From positions 6,721-70,720 of the forward strand of contig CAZPJH010000001.1 of the NCBI GenBank assembly GCA_964586875.1: a stretch of 64,000 nt of DNA. The letters run 5' to 3'. The position numbers and the translations under genes are program-made. Shown here piece after piece: positions 18,382 through 27,196 of the stretch. How positions within the stretch are numbered: position 1 is the stretch's first letter; every line of letters starts with the position of its first letter. This DNA is from an uncultured Oscillospiraceae bacterium (GTDB taxonomy: Bacteria > Bacillota > Clostridia > Oscillospirales > Oscillospiraceae). The notes beneath the pieces are model-generated. The model ran no database searches, was not told the origin of the DNA, and saw only the letters and a list, made by a program, of their open reading frames with translations.

Positions 18382-18933
18382 TCAACCGGCTACTGTCAGC
18401 CGTTCAATATCGTGGGTTTGAGCAAAACGCTGGCAATAGATCCGGGTGCACTTTTTATACAGTGCAAACTTCTTTTTCGCCGCTTTTTCATCACCATAGA
18501 CCTTCCAGCAGCCAACACACTTGCATCCGGCGGCTTCGTTTTCGATGAAACCACGAACATCTTCTGCCGGATAGCCAAGAAACAGACCGATTTCGTGGGG
18601 GAAATCCTGATTTTGCTGAAGCCGCCGAATCAGCTGCACGACACACTGGTCACATTTATCCGGGGAATAGCCACGAGCGGAAAGCAATTGCTGAGCCTCC
18701 TGACATGAAAAATCCATAGAAAGCCGATGAGGGCGGTAAAGATAAATCAATGCTTTTTGATCGGAAAAACGCAGTGGGACGATACGAAGACCTTTGCGCT
18801 GTAAAAAGCTGTTTTGCTGTCGCAGAAAATGGGACAGAGCCTGACGATCATAGCAAGGGCAACTGAACAGATTTGCTGTTTTGAGTCCGGCTAAGGTGGG
18901 GGCACAGTGGCGCACCAGATACTCTTCTGACAT
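18382..18933 (-). CDS. DUF3793 family protein
   Basis: HCAPTLAGLKTANLF, FPHEIGLFLGYP.EDV.GFI, GCWKVY; upstream of flavodoxin. Confidence 0.88.
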   Translation of the reverse strand: MSEEYLVRHCAPTLAGLKTANLFSCPCYDRQALSHFLRQQNSFLQRKGLRIVPLRFSDQKALIYLYRPHRLSMDFSCQEAQQLLSARGYSPDKCDQCVVQLIRRLQQNQDFPHEIGLFLGYPAEDVRGFIENEAAGCKCVGCWKVYGDEKAAKKKFALYKKCTRIYCQRFAQTHDIERLTVAG

Positions 18934-18948
18934 AGTTTTTCTCCTGAG

Positions 18949-18999
18949 GTTAGCGTGTGCTAACTGATGAACGAATAAGTAGTTAGCATTTGCTAACTA
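18949..18999. promoter_or_regulatory. Tandem palindromic operators GTTAGC-N4-GCTAAC
   Basis: gttagcgtgtgctaac (18949-18964) and tagttagcatttgctaacta (18980-18999), between the promoter and the RBS of DUF3793. Confidence 0.7.
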
Positions 19000-19085
19000 A
19001 AGGTATCATATATCATTCCATTTCATTTGTCAAGAGAAAAATTTCGCAAATGAAAAACGAGGCCAATTCTGTTGGCCCCGTTCCG

Positions 19086-19631
19086 TTATTCATATTTCGG
19101 TAATCGCACGATGGTCGGTTGATGATTCAAAGCCGGGATGAGAACGTTTTGCACATCAGCAGTGGACAACAGCAGGGAGGAAGTGTTGATGCAGGGATGG
19201 CAGCCTAAGGTTTCACATTGAAGAATTTCTTCGTCGATCAGAAGCTGCACCTTCTGCTGCCTGTCGTTCATCAGGCCTAAAATGCTTAAAGAGCCGGGGG
19301 TGATGTCCAAAAACTGTTCCATATATTTGCCTTCGGCAAAACTTAAACGGGAGGAGCCGATCTGGGCAGACAGATCCTTGGTTTTAAAAACCTTATCCCC
19401 GGGCATCAGTAGTAGATAAAAAGCGGTGCATTGCCGATTGCACAGCAGCAAATTCTTGCAGATGGGGCCGCCCAGTACGGTGGCAATGGCGGCGCAGATA
19501 TCCATGGTATCTGCTTTTTCGTGATCCACCCGCTGATAGGGGATGTGCAAGCTGTCCAGCAAGTCGTAGCAGCGGATCTCTTTTTCCAGTCGGCCGGTGC
19601 AGTCGAGGGGGCGTCCTTGTTGCAATTCCAT
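19086..19631 (-). CDS. ProX/PrdX-type aminoacyl-tRNA deacylase (YbaK/INS superfamily)
   Basis: CKNLLLCN, RLSFA, PGSLSILGLMND, GCHPCINT. Confidence 0.88.
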   Translation of the reverse strand: MELQQGRPLDCTGRLEKEIRCYDLLDSLHIPYQRVDHEKADTMDICAAIATVLGGPICKNLLLCNRQCTAFYLLLMPGDKVFKTKDLSAQIGSSRLSFAEGKYMEQFLDITPGSLSILGLMNDRQQKVQLLIDEEILQCETLGCHPCINTSSLLLSTADVQNVLIPALNHQPTIVRLPKYE

Positions 19632-19641
19632 TCTATTCTCC

Positions 19642-20469
19642 TTATCTTATCCGTAATTCCCAGAAGGCCACGGCACTGGCAGCAGCTACATTCAGGGAAT
19701 CCACATCGTGATACATGGGGATTTTAACGGTAAAATCGCAGGAAGCGATGGTATCGTTGGTCAAACCATCCCCTTCCGATCCCATGAGGATAGCCAGCTT
19801 CGGCTCCTGCTGCAGGCGAGGATCGCTTACCGTGTAGGAATCGTCCCGCAGAGCCATGGAAACGGTCTTAAAACCCAGCTCACGCAACTGTTCCATGCCG
19901 GGATGAGGCCAGGAAGCGGTATCATTTCCGATAAATGTCCAGGGGATCTGAAAAACGGTACCCATGCTGACCCGAGCGGATCGGCGATACAGCGGATCGG
20001 AGCATCCGGCAGTCAGCAGGACAGCATCCATTCCCAATGCAGCGGCAGAGCGGAAGATGGCACCTACATTGGTGGGATTTTGTATATTTTCCAGCACCAC
20101 GACCCGGCGTGCATGACGGCAAACTTCCTCTACCGTAGGCAGGGCGGGGCGACGCATGGCACACAGCACACCCCTGGTCAGATGATAGCCGGTCAGGTTA
20201 CACAGCAGCTGCTCATCGGCGGTGAACACCGGAATGTGTGGGCAACGGGCGATGATCTCAGCGGCAGAGCCGTCAATATCCTTGCGTTCCATCAGCATGG
20301 ACACCGGGACGTAACCGGCATCCAGTGCTCGATGGATGACCTTGGGACTTTCGGCGATAAACATTCCTTTTGCCGGCTCAAAGCGGTTTAAAAGCTGGGC
20401 TTCGGTCAGCCGGGCGTAAACATCCAGTTCGGGAGCGGAAAAATCGGTGATTTCAATAATATTTTGCAT
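19642..20469 (-). CDS. TrmH/SpoU family RNA methyltransferase
   Basis: NPTNVGAIFRSAAALG, MGSEGDGL, IPM..VDSLNVAAA. Confidence 0.92.
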   Translation of the reverse strand: MQNIIEITDFSAPELDVYARLTEAQLLNRFEPAKGMFIAESPKVIHRALDAGYVPVSMLMERKDIDGSAAEIIARCPHIPVFTADEQLLCNLTGYHLTRGVLCAMRRPALPTVEEVCRHARRVVVLENIQNPTNVGAIFRSAAALGMDAVLLTAGCSDPLYRRSARVSMGTVFQIPWTFIGNDTASWPHPGMEQLRELGFKTVSMALRDDSYTVSDPRLQQEPKLAILMGSEGDGLTNDTIASCDFTVKIPMYHDVDSLNVAAASAVAFWELRIR

Positions 20470-20611
20470 GGTAACACCTTTCCTCCTTTGTATGAAAATA
20501 TTTTACCAAATATTGGGAGAATTGTCTATTGCATTTTTTGTCAAAATGTGCTACCCTTTGAAAGGTTTGAGTTAATCTGCCCCCCCGAATACAGATTAAG
20601 GAGATATTGTT

Positions 20612-22696
20612 ATGTCGAAAAAAATCCTTGCGTTCCTGCTGTTGGCTGCAATGCTGTGCAGTTTTGTGGCTTGTGGTGAGAAAACCGATGGTACTACTAC
20701 CGGAAATGCCGCAACCAATGCACCTACCACAGCACCCACCACAGCACCTACTGATCCCACCGATCCTGCTGATCCCTGGGAAAAGTATGAGATCATCACC
20801 ATCGCTCAGGCTTTGGAGCTGTGTGGTGAAGTAGGCAATGTGACCACCGATCGCTATTACATTGCTGCTACGGTGACTTCCATTGATAATGCCCAGTATG
20901 GTGCTATGACCATTCAGGACGAAACCGGAAGCATGTCTGTCTACGGTACTTACAGCGCCGACGGTTCTATCGGTTACGCTGAAATGACCGACAAGCCCTT
21001 CAAGGGCGACAAGGTGCTGCTGCACTGCATTCTCCAGAACTATAATGGTACCAAAGAAATCAAAAATGCCCGTCTGATCGACTTTGAACGTGCAAAGGTA
21101 GATGTGGACGAAGATGACTATACGGCAATGACCATTGCACAGGCTCGTGAAGCGGCTGATGAAACGCTGGTGAAAGTCAGCGGTGTGGTTGCTCGTGTTA
21201 CCTATGCCAACGGCAAGATTCCCAGTGGCTTCCTCCTGGTGGATGAAACCCAGGCGATCTATGTTTATGACAGCGATGCTGCACAGCGTGTGCATAACGG
21301 CAATACGGTCACCATCTTGGCCAGCCGTACCACCTGGATCCTGGATACCGAAAAGACCAATGCCGAAAAATTTGGTTATAAGGGATGTACCCAGCTGGAT
21401 CGTGTGACCCTGCTGGAAAACGACGAAAAGACCGATGGTAAGTTCGACACCTCCTGGATCACGGAGTCTACGGTGAAGGAGATTATGGACAACCCCGTGT
21501 CCGAAGACATCACTTCCACCATTTTTAAAGTCAATGCGCTGATTACCCGTCATGATGGTAATGGATTTATCAATTACTATATCAATGATCTGGATGGAAA
21601 GACCGGTTCTTATACCTACACCCAGTGCAACGGCGATGATTTTAGCTGGATGGATGAGTTTGACGGTAAGATCTGCACCGTTTACCTCAGCCCCCTGAAC
21701 TGCAAGTCTACTGCTTCCGGCTGCAATTACCGTTTCCTGCCTGTGGCGGTGGAGTATGAAGGCTTTGTGTTTGATACCAACAACGCTGCGGAACATGCAG
21801 TCAAATACTATGGTGTTGGTCAGTTCCAGAATTTGTATACCGGCAATCCTGCACTGAAACTGGTGACCTCTGTTTCTTCGGAGCTGCTGGGCTTTGAAAA
21901 TGCTACCTTGAGCTATCGCTCTTCCGATCCTTCCATTATCTCCATTGACAATAATGTGATGAACTGCCACAAGAGCGGTGTTGCCATCATTACCGTTGTT
22001 GGTGAATATGGAAACGTCACCCATGAGGAAACTGTCACCATCCGTGTGGAGATCGCTGAGCAGATCGATGCCGGCACGGTACAGGAAGCTGTGGCTGCAA
22101 AGATCGGGGACACTGTGACCATTCGTGGCGTGGTGGCCGCTTCTCTGGTTAATAAGGACGGCTTCTACATCATCGATGAAACCGGCGTGATTGCTGTTCT
22201 GACGGATAAAGAAACACTGTCAACGCTGAAGCTGGGTCAGGAGATCGTTATCGAAGGTACCCGTGCCTTTGACGGCAAGAAGGAAGACTCCACCTGGTGT
22301 ACGACCTGTGTCAAGAGTGCAAAGGTGCTGGCCAACTACTATGGTGATCACCAGTACAGCACTGCCACTTTCATCACCGGAAAGACCCTGGCTGACTTTG
22401 CAAGTTTGGATGTTAACGAAGATCATACCACAGAGGTTTATGTGGTCAAGGCAACCATCAAGTATGTAGAAACTGCCTTCTATACCCGTTACGACCTGAC
22501 CGACGGAAATGTTACAGTTTCTCTGTACTCTGCCAACGGCGGACAGTACAGCTTCCTGAAGCCCTACAGGGATCAGGAAGTGACCATCGAACTGGTGCCC
22601 TGTAACTGGAGCAGCAAGAAGAGCTATCCCGGCTGCATCCTGTCTATTACGACTGCTGACGGAACAAGAATCGTCAACAACTGCAACTTTGGCTAA
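20612..22696 (+). CDS. Lipoprotein with repeated OB-fold-like modules and an Ig-like (Big_2-type) domain
   Basis: Lipobox FVAC and a Thr/Pro linker; repeats TIAQA..(F/M)x(I/L)xDETG.I.V; YRSSDPSIISID. Confidence 0.7.
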   Translation: MSKKILAFLLLAAMLCSFVACGEKTDGTTTGNAATNAPTTAPTTAPTDPTDPADPWEKYEIITIAQALELCGEVGNVTTDRYYIAATVTSIDNAQYGAMTIQDETGSMSVYGTYSADGSIGYAEMTDKPFKGDKVLLHCILQNYNGTKEIKNARLIDFERAKVDVDEDDYTAMTIAQAREAADETLVKVSGVVARVTYANGKIPSGFLLVDETQAIYVYDSDAAQRVHNGNTVTILASRTTWILDTEKTNAEKFGYKGCTQLDRVTLLENDEKTDGKFDTSWITESTVKEIMDNPVSEDITSTIFKVNALITRHDGNGFINYYINDLDGKTGSYTYTQCNGDDFSWMDEFDGKICTVYLSPLNCKSTASGCNYRFLPVAVEYEGFVFDTNNAAEHAVKYYGVGQFQNLYTGNPALKLVTSVSSELLGFENATLSYRSSDPSIISIDNNVMNCHKSGVAIITVVGEYGNVTHEETVTIRVEIAEQIDAGTVQEAVAAKIGDTVTIRGVVAASLVNKDGFYIIDETGVIAVLTDKETLSTLKLGQEIVIEGTRAFDGKKEDSTWCTTCVKSAKVLANYYGDHQYSTATFITGKTLADFASLDVNEDHTTEVYVVKATIKYVETAFYTRYDLTDGNVTVSLYSANGGQYSFLKPYRDQEVTIELVPCNWSSKKSYPGCILSITTADGTRIVNNCNFG

Positions 22697-22704
22697 TATG
22701 TGCG

Positions 22705-22734
22705 ATCCCCACCGCAAATGCGGTGGGGATTTTC
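22705..22734 (+). terminator. Terminator after the lipoprotein gene
   Basis: atccccaccgc-aaat-gcggtggggat-tttt. Confidence 0.8.
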
Positions 22735-22809
22735 TATGTTCTGTTACTTGCAAAAGTAGAGCTGCTATGATATAATAAATTGGTTTGAGTAAAACACGGG
22801 AGGGATTTT

Positions 22810-23973
22810 ATGACAAAATTACTGCTGCGTTTGTTTGTTAAAAATTATACCGATGTGGATGCCTGTCGAACTGCGGTGGGAAAGTTATCCGGCGTAGTGG
22901 GCATTATTTGCAATCTGCTGTTATTTGCTTTCAAATTGGCGGTGGGCACGATCTCCGGTGCTGTTTCCATTACAGCTGACGCCATGAACAACCTGTCGGA
23001 CGCTTCCAGTGCGGTGGTGACTCTGGTGGGATTTAAGCTGGCGGAAAAGCCGGCGGATGCGGATCATCCCTATGGCCATGCCCGGTATGAATACCTGTCG
23101 GGATTGGCTGTGGCGGCGTTGATCGTGGTCATTGGTTTTGAATTGGCTCGATCCTCCGTTGAAAAGATCATCCATCCTACGGATGTGCTTTTCAGCACGC
23201 CTGTTTGTGTTGTGCTGGGCGCATCCATCCTGCTGAAACTGTGGCTGGGGATGTTTAATCGCCATCTTGGAAAGCATGTTCATTCAACCACCCTGCTGGC
23301 TACCGCAGCAGATAGCCGCAATGATGCCATTTCCACCACTGCGGTTCTGGCGGCAGGTCTGGTGGGAATGATCTTTGGCTGGAAGATCGATGGTTGGGTC
23401 GGTTTGGCAGTTGCGCTGTTTATCCTGTATAGCGGCGCCATGTTGGCAAAGGAAACCATTAGCCCCCTGCTGGGAGAAAATGCAAGTCCGGAATTGCGTC
23501 AGCAGATCGCAACGCTGGTGAGCCAAGTGCCTCAGGTGCTGGGCTACCATGACCTGATGGTCCACGACTATGGCCCGGGGCAGCGTTTTGCCAGTATGCA
23601 CGTGGAAATGGATCAGAAAGCAGATCCGCTTTTCTGCCACGAACTGATCGATAATCTGGAACGTGCCTGTCTGGAGCAGATGAATGTTCATCTGATCATC
23701 CACTATGATCCGGTAGTCACGGGCGATGCGGAAATGGATCGGATCCGTTCGGTGGTGCAGCAGCTTCTATGGCAACAGGATCAGCGTATTGGTATCCATG
23801 ATTTCCGTATGGTACGGGGACAGGGACACAGTAATCTGATTTTTGATATGGAACTTCCGCCGGAGCGAATGCAGGATCAGCGGGATATCCAGCGGAAGCT
23901 GGACGAGGATCTGGCGAAGGCTGAGCCGGGAAAATATTACACAGTCGTCACATTTGACATGGGAACGGCCTGA
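22810..23973 (+). CDS. Cation diffusion facilitator (CDF) transporter
   Basis: ADAMNNLSD, KPADADHPYGHARYE, DSRND, HDLMVHDYG. Confidence 0.92.
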   Translation: MTKLLLRLFVKNYTDVDACRTAVGKLSGVVGIICNLLLFAFKLAVGTISGAVSITADAMNNLSDASSAVVTLVGFKLAEKPADADHPYGHARYEYLSGLAVAALIVVIGFELARSSVEKIIHPTDVLFSTPVCVVLGASILLKLWLGMFNRHLGKHVHSTTLLATAADSRNDAISTTAVLAAGLVGMIFGWKIDGWVGLAVALFILYSGAMLAKETISPLLGENASPELRQQIATLVSQVPQVLGYHDLMVHDYGPGQRFASMHVEMDQKADPLFCHELIDNLERACLEQMNVHLIIHYDPVVTGDAEMDRIRSVVQQLLWQQDQRIGIHDFRMVRGQGHSNLIFDMELPPERMQDQRDIQRKLDEDLAKAEPGKYYTVVTFDMGTA

Positions 23974-23995
23974 ATGGCATATAAAGGAGAGAGAT

Positions 23996-25264
23996 ATGGA
24001 ATCTTTTGTACTGAAAGGAACAGTTTGTTACAGTAAAACCCCCACACAACTGGAGATTTTCCCGAACAGTTATGTGGTTTGTGTGGATGGGGTTTCGCAG
24101 GGCGTCTTTGAAACCCTTCCTGCGGTCTATGAAGCACTGCCTCTGATGGATTACGGCCATAGGCTGATCGTGCCGGGGCTTGTGGATCTACATATCCACG
24201 CACCCCAGTATACCTTCCGAGGCACAGGCATGGATCTGGAACTGATGGATTGGCTACAGAGTCAGGCTTTCCCGGAAGAAACACGCTTTGCCAACGAGGA
24301 ATACGCAGAAAAAGCCTATGAAATATTCGCCCGGCAGATGAAAAACAGTGCCACCACCCGTGCAGTGGTTTTCGGAACACGTCATACCCCGGCCACAAAG
24401 ATCCTGATGGAGAAACTGGATCAGACAGGCATCGTCAGTTTCGTGGGCAAGGTAAATATGGATCAGAATGGCCCAGAACAGCTGATTGAAGAAAGTCCGG
24501 AAGCCTCTGCAGAAGCGACTTTGCAGTGGTTGAAGGAAACCGTGGGGAAATATCAGCATACCAGGCCCATTTTGACTCCCCGGTTTATTCCCAGCTGCTC
24601 CCGGCCCCTGTTGGAAAAACTGGAAAAGATCCGCAAAGACCACAACTTGCCGGTGCAATCCCACTTGTCGGAAAACCCCGGGGAGATCCAGTTTGTAAAG
24701 GAATTGTTTCCGGAAGAGGCTACCTATGGCCACTGCTATGACCGCTATGGCATGATGAACAGCAATACCATCATGGCCCATTGCGTCTATTCTTCCGAGG
24801 AAGAAGTGAAACTGCTGAAAGAAAGCGGTGCGTACGTTGCTCATTGCCCGGCTTCCAATACAGATTTGTCCTCCGGTATCGCACCTATCCGCAGATATTT
24901 GGATGCAGGTCTTCATATGGGCTTGGGCAGCGATGTGGCCGGCGGCCATTCGGAGTCTATTTTTCATGCTATGGCTGATGCCATTCAGGTGTCCAAACTT
25001 TATTGGCGGCTGGTAGACAGCAACAGCAAGGCGTTGTGCTTTGCAGAAGCTTTCTATCTGGCAACATTAGGTGGCGGTTCTTTCTTCGGAAAAGTTGGCT
25101 CTTTTGAAGCAGGATATGCTTTTGATGCACTGGTGCTGAAGGAAGATGGATTGCCCCATTGGAGCCAGTTTACCCCCAAGCAGAGATTGGAGCGCTTTGC
25201 CTATCTGGAACAGGGAAGAGCATCCCTGGAAGCCAAGTATGTGGAGGGCAGAAAAATTTTTTGA
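23996..25264 (+). CDS. guaD: Guanine deaminase (amidohydrolase)
   Basis: PGLVDLHIHAPQY, TPRFIPSC, QSHLSEN, MAHC, HCPASN, GSDVAGG. Confidence 0.88.
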   Translation: MESFVLKGTVCYSKTPTQLEIFPNSYVVCVDGVSQGVFETLPAVYEALPLMDYGHRLIVPGLVDLHIHAPQYTFRGTGMDLELMDWLQSQAFPEETRFANEEYAEKAYEIFARQMKNSATTRAVVFGTRHTPATKILMEKLDQTGIVSFVGKVNMDQNGPEQLIEESPEASAEATLQWLKETVGKYQHTRPILTPRFIPSCSRPLLEKLEKIRKDHNLPVQSHLSENPGEIQFVKELFPEEATYGHCYDRYGMMNSNTIMAHCVYSSEEEVKLLKESGAYVAHCPASNTDLSSGIAPIRRYLDAGLHMGLGSDVAGGHSESIFHAMADAIQVSKLYWRLVDSNSKALCFAEAFYLATLGGGSFFGKVGSFEAGYAFDALVLKEDGLPHWSQFTPKQRLERFAYLEQGRASLEAKYVEGRKIF

Positions 25265-25272
25265 TCAAAAAC

Positions 25273-25298
25273 AAGCGCAGCGGTTGTCCGCTGCGCTT
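25273..25298. terminator. Bidirectional terminator
   Basis: aagcgcagcgg-ttgt-ccgctgcgctt between convergent genes. Confidence 0.75.
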
Positions 25299-25303
25299 GC
25301 TTT

Positions 25304-27196
25304 TTAGTTGTTGAGCAGTTGCTGCTTGTTAAATTGCAGGGTATACAGGTCGTAGTAGCGGCCTTTTTGTGCCAGCAGCTGTTGATGGTTGCCTTGTTCG
25401 ATGATCTGACCGTGGGACAGGAGAATGATGTTGTCGGAATGTTGAATGGTGGACAATCGGTGCGCCACGATCAGCATAGTGCCGATATTCTTCATCTTTT
25501 CCAGAGAGTCCTGGATCAGAACTTCTGTTTCGGTGTCAATATTGGCGGTGGCTTCATCCAAAATCATCACGCTGGGCTTGTGGATAATGGTACGGGCGAA
25601 ACTCAGCAGCTGCCGCTGACCGGCGGAGAAGTTGTTGCCTCGCTCACGGACGGGCTCATCCAGTCCCTTTTCCAGCTTATTGATAAAGGAGTCGGCGTTG
25701 ACATAGCGACAGGCTTCCATCACTTCTTCATCGGAAACCCCATCCATCCGCAGTAGGATGTTGCTGCGGATATCACCGGAGAACAGGAACACATCCTGAA
25801 GCATCTGGCCGAAGTGTTTCCGCAGAGAGGAGATCTTGATTTTCTTGATGTCGATGCCATCGATCAGGATCTGGCCTTTTTGAATGTCGTAGTTGCGGCA
25901 GATCAGGCTCAGGATCGTGGTTTTACCGGAACCGGTAGAACCAACAAAGGCCACGGTCTGCTTGGGGTAAACATGGAAGGAAACCCCTTGCAACACCCAT
26001 TCGTCAGGCTTGTAGGCAAACCAGACGTCCTTAAATTCGATCTCGCCTCGGATATCGTCCAGCTCGATAGCATCCTCTTCGTCTACCACTTCCGGTACCA
26101 TGTCAATGATGGTGAAGATCTTTTCGGCGGAAGCAAAGGACTGTTCCAGCATATCGAACTGCTCGGCCAGTGCCTGAATGGGATTAAAGAACCGGGAGAT
26201 ATACATATAGAATGCAACCACGGTCTTGGAAGTGATGACCGTACCCAGAAAACCGGTGTTCTGGATGTAACCCTTACAAGCAAAGTAGAACAGGAACAGA
26301 TTGGAACTGACATAAAGCATATATACCATGGGGCGGAAAATGCCGAAGACGTACATTCGGTTCATCTTGGCTTTCTGCATTTTGATACTGCGCTCGTTGA
26401 AATCAGCTTTTTTCTGCTCCTCCCGATTGAAGATCTGGGTGATCTTCATGCCGGACAGATTTTCCGACAGGAAGGTATTCAGATCCGTTCGGGTATTGGT
26501 GACCTGACGGTGGACATGCCGAGAGAATTTCTGGAAAATCAGGGTGAAGATGATGAGGAAAGGCACGAAGCACAGTACCATCAGTGTCAGTGCCCAGTTC
26601 AGCACCAACATGGCACCCAATACGCCGACGATCACCATGGTATTTTTTACCAGGGTCACCAAAATGTTGGTAAAGAGATAGCTGATGGAGTTGGGATCGT
26701 TGCTGACTCTTGTAACCAGCTTACCCACGGGAATGTGGTTGAGCTGCTCATGGGACAGCTGCTCAATGTGCGTAAAGGTATCCAGACGAATCTGGGACAG
26801 GATCTTCTGACCGATCTTCTGCAGGATCAGCGCCTGGAAATAGGTGCAGATCATACTGACCACCAGAATGCTGGCGTATACGCCTACATATACAAATAGG
26901 TTCTGTAGGGCGAAGCCTTCTTCTGCGCCGATCATTTCCTCGATTTCAGAGATCAGCAGGGGAGAGCATACATCGTAGATGATGGAGAAGATCATAATAA
27001 AGAAAATGATCAAAAACTCCTTGCCATAGGGCTTGGCGTAGTGGATCAGTCGGCGAACCAATTCGCCATCTTCCATGTGGCGGTCTTTCTGGTCGGTCTG
27101 CATTCGGTTTTTCAGAGCCAGATAGGCTACGAGAAAAATAATGGTAAATGCACCGATGATGGCGCCACATATGATCAGAGGCAGATACTCACGCAT
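25304..27196 (-). CDS. ABC exporter fused TMD-NBD, subunit B
   Basis: GSTGSGKT, FSAGQRQL, ILDEATANID, IVAHRLST. Confidence 0.93.
   Translation of the reverse strand: MREYLPLIICGAIIGAFTIIFLVAYLALKNRMQTDQKDRHMEDGELVRRLIHYAKPYGKEFLIIFFIMIFSIIYDVCSPLLISEIEEMIGAEEGFALQNLFVYVGVYASILVVSMICTYFQALILQKIGQKILSQIRLDTFTHIEQLSHEQLNHIPVGKLVTRVSNDPNSISYLFTNILVTLVKNTMVIVGVLGAMLVLNWALTLMVLCFVPFLIIFTLIFQKFSRHVHRQVTNTRTDLNTFLSENLSGMKITQIFNREEQKKADFNERSIKMQKAKMNRMYVFGIFRPMVYMLYVSSNLFLFYFACKGYIQNTGFLGTVITSKTVVAFYMYISRFFNPIQALAEQFDMLEQSFASAEKIFTIIDMVPEVVDEEDAIELDDIRGEIEFKDVWFAYKPDEWVLQGVSFHVYPKQTVAFVGSTGSGKTTILSLICRNYDIQKGQILIDGIDIKKIKISSLRKHFGQMLQDVFLFSGDIRSNILLRMDGVSDEEVMEACRYVNADSFINKLEKGLDEPVRERGNNFSAGQRQLLSFARTIIHKPSVMILDEATANIDTETEVLIQDSLEKMKNIGTMLIVAHRLSTIQHSDNIILLSHGQIIEQGNHQQLLAQKGRYYDLYTLQFNKQQLLNN

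Noticed and set aside
20690-20775. Short tandem repeats (gcacctaccaca / gatccc) as a possible CRISPR array or VNTR
   Set aside because: They encode the in-frame APTT/DP lipoprotein linker; no spacers
23974-23995. Purine riboswitch upstream of guaD
   Set aside because: The intergenic gap is only 22 nt; no aptamer
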